From a virus (lineage: Duplodnaviria; Caudoviricetes): a stretch of 64,000 bases of DNA. Where the stretch lies: positions 872 through 64,871 of the IMG/VR virus record IMGVR_UViG_3300032288_002134; one strand, given 5' to 3'. Position numbers and translations under genes: made by a program. Shown piece by piece: positions 37,824-48,700 of the stretch (position 1 is the stretch's first letter; every line of letters starts with the position of its first letter). Under the pieces are notes generated by a model. That model saw only the letters and a program-made list of their open reading frames with translations, did no database searches and was not told where the DNA came from.

Positions 37824-39788
37824 ATGCCAACATATTTCGGTTACGTTGAAAGAGAAGCGGATAGCTATATAAATTGGGCAGAGATAGGCAAGGGTATCTC
37901 TGACACTGTCAATGAGATAGACAAGGTAAGGAACGAGAAGAAAGCAGCACTTGACCAGGTGTCAAGAGACTTCCAAACAAAGCTCTCCGAATACCCTTCC
38001 GGTCAGGATAAGAATGCAAATAGATTTGCATATAACTATAGCGACAATGCTTCTCAGTTTATGCTTATGCAACAGAGACTTTTAAAGCAAGGTAAGCTAA
38101 AACTAAAAGACTATCTTAACAATACTCAGAACATAATGGATGACACTGAGACTGCTTTCTCTTTGGTAAAGACATATCAGGAGCAGTACGGTAAAAAGAT
38201 GGAGCAGTACCGGAATGGAGAGATATCAATAGCAGAGGTAGAGAACTTTGCTCTTATGGAAAGTTTTGGTGGCTTTACAGACACTGACTTGTATATCAAT
38301 CCACTAGATGGCTCTGTAAATCTTGCAAAGTCAAAAATAGAAAGAGTAGCTGGGAAAGAGGTAAGGACAATGGCTGAAGGTCAGGAAAATGTTATGAGTG
38401 TAGGAGTAATGAAGCAACTAATGAATACTCCTATACCAAGATATAACATGGAGAAACAAAGTACAGCCATAGCGGATGGTCTTGGAAAAGAGATACAGAT
38501 AATGATGGAAGGTGGCTTAATAACATCTTATGAGGATATAAGAAGACGTATCTCTACAAAAGGCGCACTACAATCAAATGATCCGGATGTAATTTCAGAG
38601 GCTTTGATAAATGCAGGTATAAATACAAGTGGTATATCTCTTACTGAGATTACTAAGAAAGAAGACCCAACGACAAAGGCACAAATAGAAGTAAAGACAA
38701 CAAAGACATTTGATGGTAGAGAGGATGAGTTAGCATCTGAATATGTAAGGATAAAAGGTAAACCTAAAGAACAACGTACTCAAGATGAAAGTAATTTATT
38801 TTTTCAAGTAGAGAAGTCTTTAAAAGACAGTGAAAAAATGATTGCTTCTTATGATGAAACTTTAAGAGGAATTGTACAATCTAACCTTAACACGCCATAT
38901 AATTATATGTCTGCATTGAGGGATAACAATGTAAAAAACTCACAGAATAAGCAATTGTACAATGGTTATACTTTCGATGCTAAAGAGAGAGATAAGAATC
39001 CAAATTTGATTTTGGCAAAATATGAAAATGGAACTATAACCTATGAGCTTACTCCTGAACAAAAGAAGGATGCTGAAGATGCTGTGATGGAACAAGCCGA
39101 GATGAGGCTAGATATAAAAGAGGAATACAAGGCTACCTATAAGACTCCGGAACAGATAGCTGAAGAAAATGCTATAAAGCGTCAGGAGTTAGCGATTAAA
39201 CAACAACAAGCTAATAATCGAGAGATTCCCGAATGGCAATATAAAGCAGCTAAAGAAGATAAAGAAATTGTATATGCTGCTAGGCTTATTGCAAATTTAT
39301 ATAATGGAACAGATGCTGAAGTAGAAACAGCTATTGAGCATTTTAAAGGAGACGAATCTTTGGGCATAAAAGACATAATAAGAACTGATGAAGGAATTAA
39401 AATAATATATGATTGGACCGATCCAAACAGAATACCAAAAGGAGAGGATTATTTTTCTTTTTATACATCAGGAACTGATAATCCTGTAGGTAATTTACAA
39501 TTTTACGATCGTATTTCAAAAGCATTAACACCTTCAAAGCAAAAAGATAGAGAAGGGTTTATTAATAGAGGTAGAGAGGTATTAAAACCATACGAAGGAC
39601 ATCCTAACTTAAAGGTTTTAGCAAATCCTAAAAGCCTTTGGTGGGATATGGATGGTAAAGTTGGCGAAACTCCAATTATAAAAGAAAGATTAAATAGAAG
39701 ATTAGGATTATCAGGAGCTTATGTGACTGGTTCAGCAGCAGGTACAGGGGGAACAGGTGGTGCAAGCAGATTCAATAAAAATAAATAA
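37824..39788 (+). CDS. internal virion/ejection protein
   Basis: 654-aa helical ORF in the cargo cluster. Confidence 0.6.
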   Translation: MPTYFGYVEREADSYINWAEIGKGISDTVNEIDKVRNEKKAALDQVSRDFQTKLSEYPSGQDKNANRFAYNYSDNASQFMLMQQRLLKQGKLKLKDYLNNTQNIMDDTETAFSLVKTYQEQYGKKMEQYRNGEISIAEVENFALMESFGGFTDTDLYINPLDGSVNLAKSKIERVAGKEVRTMAEGQENVMSVGVMKQLMNTPIPRYNMEKQSTAIADGLGKEIQIMMEGGLITSYEDIRRRISTKGALQSNDPDVISEALINAGINTSGISLTEITKKEDPTTKAQIEVKTTKTFDGREDELASEYVRIKGKPKEQRTQDESNLFFQVEKSLKDSEKMIASYDETLRGIVQSNLNTPYNYMSALRDNNVKNSQNKQLYNGYTFDAKERDKNPNLILAKYENGTITYELTPEQKKDAEDAVMEQAEMRLDIKEEYKATYKTPEQIAEENAIKRQELAIKQQQANNREIPEWQYKAAKEDKEIVYAARLIANLYNGTDAEVETAIEHFKGDESLGIKDIIRTDEGIKIIYDWTDPNRIPKGEDYFSFYTSGTDNPVGNLQFYDRISKALTPSKQKDREGFINRGREVLKPYEGHPNLKVLANPKSLWWDMDGKVGETPIIKERLNRRLGLSGAYVTGSAAGTGGTGGASRFNKNK

Positions 39789-39799
39789 AATATAATAAA

Positions 39800-42700
39800 A
39801 TGAACGAAGAGGCAGTAAAATACGCTTTTGATTTATTTGTAAAAGATGGATATGGTGATAATATAGATGATTTTAGAAATCTAATGAAATCAGATCCAAA
39901 AGCAATTGATTATGTTTTTAATTTATTTGTAAAAAATGGATATGGTGATAATATAAATGATTTTAAAAATCTATTAGGAATTACTCAATCCCAAGCAATC
40001 ACTCCAAAAAAAAAAGGAGAGAGTATGGTATCCGACTCGGAAGTTTCTTCTTCGGGTTTACCATCGGGTGAACAGCCTAAGCTTGAAGAGATACCTTTCT
40101 CTTTGGATTATCAGAAGCAACAGCAGCAAGTACCATTTAAGCCTTCAACTCCGGTAACTCAACCTGAGCAGAAAAGAGACGTGTCTAAACTAAAAGAATA
40201 TGATACTACTCAACAGTATGACAGATATGGTGTGCCTGTTACTCAGTTTCCTACAGCACAAAGAGAAGAGTATTTAGCTAAACCGGTACAGCAGATTGAG
40301 ACAAAAGTCAAGTTTGAAGAAAAGAAAGAGGAGCTTGAGAAACAAGTACCTGGTTTCTTAAAGCCATCTGTAGAGACAATAGACAAAAACTTTTTAGCTA
40401 GAACTTCACTTCCAATAATAAGCGATTTAAACAGACAATACAAAGAAGCAGGTTTTGAGTTTTCAGGCAATCCTGCTGATAAAACATATTTAATAGCAAA
40501 AGCTCCAAATGGACAAACATTAAATATCAATTTAGGATATTTTAATAATGCAGGATATATAAATGATATATCAGATGAAGCAGAAAGGTTAAAAGTTTTT
40601 ATCAAAGAAAATTCTCCATCTATACCGACTGAAAAAGTAAATAAATTACAAAAGGAATACGAGGAAGGTAAGCAAGAATTTCTTACACAAAAACAAATAG
40701 ATGAATCGAATAAATCTCTTTCAAAAGATTTAGAAGATTATGGCAAAAGAAATTTATCTTATACTCAGAGTTTAGATAATTTAAAAAAATCAATTGATGA
40801 ATTTAATGCAATACCTGAAAGTCAAAGAAATACTCCTGAATATATAAATAGAAGAAATGAAATTCAAAAACAAACTGATATATTGATTTCAGAGGAGAAC
40901 AGTCTTAAGCAATTTGAGAAAGATATAGAAGCTAAACAAAGTAATTTAAAAAAGTCACTAGGAGAATATACAAAGTATAAAGAAAATCAAGGTACTTTTG
41001 CAGGTGGTATTTGGAATTCAATATCAAATACAATAAGTTCAATGGTCGCAGGAACTGTTGCTGCCGGATCTGATATTATAACAGGGGCAACTCCTGCTGA
41101 ATGGTTATTAGGTAAAGAAGAATATGAAAAGCAATTCACTCAGATTGCCAAAGAAAAATATGGAATAGAAGGAGATAAATTTGATGACATAATAAGAAAT
41201 GATAAGTTAACAGAAGGAAGAGCAGCTCTTATAAATAGTGAATTAAAAGACAGAGTAAAGAAAGAACGAAAATATGGCAAAGAAGGGGAAGAAGGTGTAA
41301 TAAAATATCTAAGAGGTAGTGTGTATGATTTATTGGCAGATAAAAGCACTACTGAACAATGGGCTGAATTAAAAAATAAATCATTTATACCTCAAGCTAT
41401 ATTGGGTGTTAGTGGTAGCCTTCCAAATATGTTGATGCCTGGGGGTTGGATAGGTCGTGCTTTAGGTACTTTTATATCTACTTCTGATGGTGTATTTAAA
41501 GAAATGGAAAATAGTCCTAATTTCCAAAATATATCTGAAAATGAAAAATGGGCTGTTGCTGCTCCTTTAGGAATGGCTTCTGCTACATTAGAAGAGATAG
41601 GTTTATCTTCATTGTTAAAAGGAACTAATATAACAAAATATATAACAAAGATGGCATTAGACAAAGCAGGTGCTAATGTTACTCCAAATATATTTAAAGG
41701 ATTAGTAAAAAAAGAAGTTCAGGATTTAATATCTAATGGTACTCTAAAAGTAGTAAATGGTTTTTTAGCTGAAGCAGAAACAGGTGCTTTGCAAACAATA
41801 GCGGAATTTTCAATAAAGGATATATACAATACGGTAAAAGATAAAAAAGACGAAAACGGAAACCCTGTAAAGATGTTTGATACGCCTGATACTGTAACTG
41901 AATGGGTTACTGATGTATTGTATGGAGGTGCTGTTGAAGGTGTTGGAGGTCTTATGATTTCATCTGGTATGGCTGCTGCAAGTGCTTTTAATAATGACAA
42001 TTTTGTCAATATGGATAGCGATACTTTCAAGGCATTTGTTAATTCTTCAAATGATTTGAATGTAGAAAAAGCATTTATATCTGATTTGAAAAATAAGATT
42101 GCATCTGGAGATATGACAATGGCTGAAGGCAAGGATTTATTAAATAAATATAGACAAGCCAAAGGACTATTAAATTCATTGCCTAGCGAATTGGATGAAA
42201 AAGATAAAAGAGTAGCTTTAGATTTATTGAGTAAAAGAAAAAAGTTAGAGGATAAGATCCAAGGAAAAGATACAGCATTAGCTAAACCTATTCAGAATAG
42301 AATTGATCAAATTAACGAACAACTAAATCAAATAACAGAGAATGCCATTCAAAAGCAAACAGCAGGTGAAGTACCTGTACAGCCAGAAGCCGGAGTTGGC
42401 GAAGAAGTGGTCCAAGGAAAACCCGAAACAGGACTTGAAGTCACTTCCGAACAAGTTGTCACCGAAGAAAAGCCAAAAGAAGAGGTAGTAACACCTGAAG
42501 GTGTAGTAGAAAAAAAAGATATACAAGTTTACAGAGGTACATCTACTGGAAATAAATCTGATAAAGACGGAGTATCTTACCATACAACAGATAGAGGGTA
42601 TGCAGCGTTTTATGAAACAGGAAAAGAAAAGCCTGATAATAAAGCTTTAGAAGAACTTGAAGCCTTAACTCCTCCGAATAAACCAAATAAAGTAGAATTA

Positions 42701-45700
42701 TCAACTGAAGAGGAAGTAGATGCTTATGTTGATCAATGGATTTCTGACTATGAAGACGCAAAAAGATTCAAACCTGAGACTAAAATACCTTCAAGAGAAG
42801 AAGCTATATCAGAAATGAAACAGAGCGGTTATCCAATATTTCTTACTCAAGAAGAGGTTGATAACGAAAACAAAAAACAAGAGAAAAAATATAATTCTGA
42901 TTTAGAGAAATACAATCAAAAGAAATTAGAACTTGAAGATAAGGCTAAAAATTATTTATCACCCAAAAAAATATCTGGCAATTTCTTTAATCTTGGGATT
43001 GATTTTTCAAAAATGAATCCTCAACAGATATTTGAAAAATTGAAATCATTAGGAATATCAAGTGTGTTTAAAGGCGGTAATTTTTTAGACAATTATCATT
43101 CTGACTTAACAGAATATGCAAGAAAAAATAACATAGATTTCTATGATGGCATAACCGGTGGTGTTCAAGGTAGTATGAATACTGCTCCTCAAGAGATAAT
43201 TGAAGTTTCTAAATTAGAACAAGCACCTGCTGAGGTAAAGACTCCTGAGCAGGAAGCTGACCTATTGGAGGAATTACTGACCGGAAAGAAGAAAGAGCCG
43301 GCAATGACACCTCAAGTGGAAACAATGACACCTGGGGAAAAAGTAATGACACCTGAAGCGAAAGCGGAAGAAGAGATGATAGTTCAGCCTGAGTTTACCG
43401 AGCAGGATCAGGCAAGGAAGAGAGAGCTTGAAGATGCTCTGAAGAAGGCTGACAAGCGTAAGAAGAATGTTATGGTAGGTGAGGTGTCAATGCCAAAGGC
43501 TGAGGTTAAAGCAGAGCTTGATGCATTGAGACAGAAGGAGCAGGCTGTTGTTGAGGCAGAAGTTCAATCTATAGAAAAAATGTTATCAGCTCCTGAGCAA
43601 AAAGACAAAGGAAAGATAAGACAAGCTGTAACAAATGCAGTTAAGGCTATTGCTAAAATATTACCGAATACAAAGATAGTATTACACGAAACTAGTCAAG
43701 ATTATGTAAACGCTACCGGTGATACTGACAATGCATCAGGATTATATGTACCAAGCGCAGATGGAGGTACTATTCATATAAACTTATCTAATGCCAATAC
43801 AAGAACAGTAGGGCATGAGGTATTTCATGCTACATTACTCAGAGGTATTAAGACAGATGCTGAAGCTCAGAGATTAGCGAAAGCAATGATAGGAGCTGTA
43901 GCTAAGTCATTAAAACAATCAGGCGCAAATCAAGAGTTATTAAATGAACTTGAAAATTTCTTGTCTAACTATGATGAGAATATTCAAAATGAGGAATACT
44001 TAGCTGAAGTATTTGGATATCTCGCTGATGGATACCCACAGTTGACAGCACCTGAAAAAAGTATTATCAATAGATTCATTGAGAGAATAATGAAACTGTT
44101 TGGCTTAAAGCCAATGACAGACAAAGAGGTTATTGATTTTATGAATACCCTATCAAGGAAGGTAGCTACCGGTGAAGAGATAACAGAGAAAGAAGCAGGT
44201 ATTACAAAAAGAACTAAAGGAATATCTAATATAACAAAAAGATTTCAAGCAAATTTTATAGATCCTATTTCAAGACTTTCATTTGTTTATGATAAAAATA
44301 GTGAAAAATTTGAAAATTTAAAAAAGCAAGGATTTATAACTACAGATAAATCATTATCTGATTTTAATGGGAAATTTATATTCCTACATCAACCTGATGC
44401 AGCTTTTTCAGGTATGATTTATAAAAATAATGAACTTCTTGTTGAGGGAAAAGGAGGTGTTTTTTATCCTATTAAATTCCATGAAGATGGATATTTTTGG
44501 GCAAGTACATCAAAAACTGCCAAAAAAATGGCAGACGATTTAAATAAAGTATTAAAACAAAACAATGGAATTATTTATATGGCATTAACCTCTGCGCCAT
44601 ATGATAAACTAATGTCAAGCACAACAATGTCAAATGCAATACTTGATTTTTTCTCATCAAAAGCATTTGATAAAAATTTTAATATAACTCAAAAACAATT
44701 AAAAAATGCACTAATATTAGCTGCAAATAATGTAAAAGAAAAACAAAAAAAAGATAAAAAAACGGGAGAAATTACTACTAAAACTATAGGGTTAAATTTA
44801 AATATAAAACAAAATATTTCTTTAGAAAACATTCAAACTTTAATTAAAGAAAAATTAAATCCTGATAATAGTTCATTTGCAGATAGAAAGAATTTTGCTG
44901 AAGAGTTAATAAGAATAATGGCTGAGAATATTAAAGAAGATTCTAAGGCTATTGAACAATTTGGTAAATTATTCTCTGAAGGAATTCAAAATAAATATTT
45001 TAAAGGAATAACAAAAACAGGTAAATTAAGCATTAGTGCTGCAAATATGACTCAAGCACTATCTGAAATGTTTACTGAACCAATTTTAAAAGAAGGAATT
45101 GATAGAGAAAAAGGAGGTCAAGTATATGCTATATTAGAATTGAATGGTAAAGTTAAACCTGTTGAATCTAATAAACACGAATCATATCCTATGGCTATAC
45201 AGTCAGAAGGAAGTGAAAAAGTAAAAGTTCATGTTCTGAATGATAGACAGAATTGGTATGATGTATTTGAAGATTTTGAAACAAATGACATAGTAACTGA
45301 AGATAGAAAAAATAAAATATATCCTACTTCAGGAGTTTCGACAAGAGGATTAAAATTAAATACATCAAAAGTTGATGGCATATCACCTCGTCAGCAGAAA
45401 TCTACTGAAATAACAACAGATAAAGATGCTAAACCTGGCTTTGAAAAAGCTCTTAATTCGCTTAATGAAACTGAACAACAAAGAGAAGAATGGAGAAAAA
45501 CGCATAAAGTAAATCAAAAACAAAAACGTAATCCCATAGTAGAACAAGCTGTAAAAGATTATTATAATGAAAAAATAACTCAAGAAGAATATCTTGATAT
45601 AGTTTCTAAAAACCAACCTATTAAATCTTTTAAAAATGTTCCAAAATTACCAACTTTAAGAGAAATAACAAATTCTTTAGACAGCTCTAAAGTTGCCACA

Positions 45701-48700
45701 GGTATAATTGGATTAACTAAAAATTTAGAAGATGGAGAAAAAGTAGCTTGCAGATTAGATATACCTGCATATGAAGATTTTGATACTTGGGTTGTTTCTA
45801 TACATGATGGAAATAAAGAAGGAAAATCAATTGCATACGGTCAGACAGCTGTACTAAAAAATGTTGATTTTAAAACATTTCCTGGACCTGCAATGAAAAT
45901 TGCAATGGGTACTCAAAGTAAATCTACAATTGCTAGAATGTTTGGTAATTGGGTTAATGAAGATCCAGAATCAGTTCATGCAAGAGCAAAAGAACTAATG
46001 AATGACCCTGCTTGGACACAAGTAGGAATGAATCCATTTAGATATAGTTGGTTTTATGATAAGGCAGATGGAACGCCTATTTCTACAGCTGATGAAGTTA
46101 TTCAAGTGGGTGCATTAGTATTGGCTAAAAATGCAAAAAAAGTATCTACTAAAGATATAATGTTTGAAACTAAATCATCAACAGGATTATCAATAAGGTT
46201 TCAAAAAAATAATTCACAAGAAATTGTAAAACAAGCAAGAGCTAATGGTATATCAGATGCAGGCATAAGAGCCTATTTTAAAAAGAATGGTTTGTCTGAT
46301 ATTGAAATTGATGAATTACTTGAAGGAGAAAAAGGAGCAGGCAAAAAAATTGAGCTTTCTGAAGAGACTCTTCCTGGATACACCAAACTGATGAACAGAA
46401 TAAATGGTCTCATCTCAAGGGGTAGAAAAAGCGGAAAGTCTGATGATGTAATAATGCAAGGTGTTATTGCCAATGTAGAAGCAAACTCACCGGAATATGC
46501 CAATGCTACCGATCAACAGCGTGAGCAGATAATTCGTGACATCAGAAAGATGTTCGGAAAGAAAGAAAAGGCAGCACCATCAGCAGAGAAAATAACCGGT
46601 AAACCTAAATCTAAAAAGGTTACTGTAAATGAAATGGCTGCACTCAAAGACCAAATAAGATTAGAGGCAAGAGCTGCTAGAGAAGCTAAGGGTGATCTTA
46701 ATGCTAAACGTAAAATGTTAGCTGAGGCTATCAATAAACTCGTTGCTAAAGGTACTATTACCTTAAGACAAGCTAACGCTATTATCAAAAGGGTGAACCT
46801 GGTCAACCTTGACAATCCTATAATGGTTGAGAGATTACTTAATTATGCAGAAAAAGTATTTAAAGATGCTGAATATGCGGATAAATTAAGCGAAGCAAAT
46901 AAATTATTTTCATCTATAAAGCAATCGTCAAAGTCAAAAGAAAAGAATGCTGATTTAGTAACTCTTGCAAAAGAATTTTTAGGAATAGACCCATCTATGG
47001 TTGAGAATATAGATGAGTATATTCAAAAGGCTTCTGAGTTAGATAGTAGTTTAAAAGGTTCTAAGGCTACGGCAAAAGGTATGTCTGCTTCTGAAATGAT
47101 AAACATACAAGAAGCTACTGAATACATATCTGAAACAATAAAAGCTCAGGAGCAAAAGATAAAAGAACAGACTGCTGCTGAGATAGAGTCTACAATGGGT
47201 GTAGATGCATCTGATTTGACTTATGAACAAATGCTTGAGTTACTTGAAGATGAAAGTAAACCTATCAATAAAGATAAAGAAAAGGTTATCAGGAGTTTAG
47301 TTAATAAAATGTTTGATACATATTCAAGTATTATCGAATATATGTTTAAGACTGGTAAAAATCCTTTTGTTGTTTATGATGAGAATCTAAAATACGAACC
47401 GGTAACATTTAAAGAATCGGATAAGCAGATTGTTCGTGAATTTATGAAAATGGATCTCGGTAAGCTCAGTGTCAGAGAGGCATTGAAAGCTATGGATGCA
47501 TTAAATAACTTTATTGTCAATCGTTCAGTTGCCAATATGGGTTCTGTAGTAGCCCAATATAAAGCAAAACAAAACGCTGAAATAGTTGACAAAAAAAATA
47601 TAAGAAGCAAACCTGTAAAGTATTTATGGAGTAATACTTTGGGTAAAATGCTATTTGACAATTTTGCTTCATTCCCATTATTGATAGAAAGATTCTTTAA
47701 AAGTAAAGACATTGGTTTGTATGTATCCAGAATGATGGGTTTAAATGATTTGTTTAATGGTGCTTCTTCTGCAAAAACGATAACCGGTGTTGTAGTTAAA
47801 AACTATCTTGACCTATTCTCAAAAACAAAACCAAATGGTAAAGTATTTAATGATGCTTTTAACTTGGTAGAAAGGGGAATGGTTGCATTCATGTCAAGAC
47901 ACAAGATAGGAACGGATGCTCAGATAAAAGAAGAATTTAATGACAGAAAAAATGAAATTGAAGAGTCTATAAAAGCATTGTCTACAGGTACTAAAAGAGA
48001 ACAGGAAAAAGCTAAGGTTTATAAAGAAGTATATGACAAGTTGTTTAAAGATGCAAAGAACGCAGATGACATCAGAAATAATGCGGATAATAAAAATATA
48101 GAAGCTGTAGATTGGTGGGTTAACGAATGGAAAAATCATTATGATGAGTTAGCTGATGTATCATTAAAAATATACAATACAAAACTGGATAAGGATTCTT
48201 ATTACACCACCGATAGATATTCTAAATTGGAAGGGGTAGAAAAAGAAATAGATCTTGAGGATAATGTTTCAGCATTTAGCTTTAACAATGGAAATATATC
48301 TGAAAAGAAAGCAGGATCTTTAATGGAGACAAGAGATAAGAAATCGGGTCTTCCAAAAAATAAAGATGGAGAAGTCACAAGGTTTGTTGATTTATCTTTT
48401 GATGCCGTAAATGCAAATTCATTATACGATGCACTGACAGACATTAAAACTGCCTATGCTATTAAACAAGTAAAAGCATTTATGAAAACAGATGCTTTCA
48501 AAAGAATTGTACCTGATAAAGAAGAAAGAGATATATTAGGAAATAGAATAAACTTAGCTGTTAGAAATTTAAGAAATCAAAAATTATTTGATTCAAGTAC
48601 AATGAGTAAAGCTGTAAAGGGATTAAATAAATTTTCAAGCATTGGGTCTACAATGGCATTAGCCGGTATAGTGCAACCTTTTAAACAAACTATTCCTATA

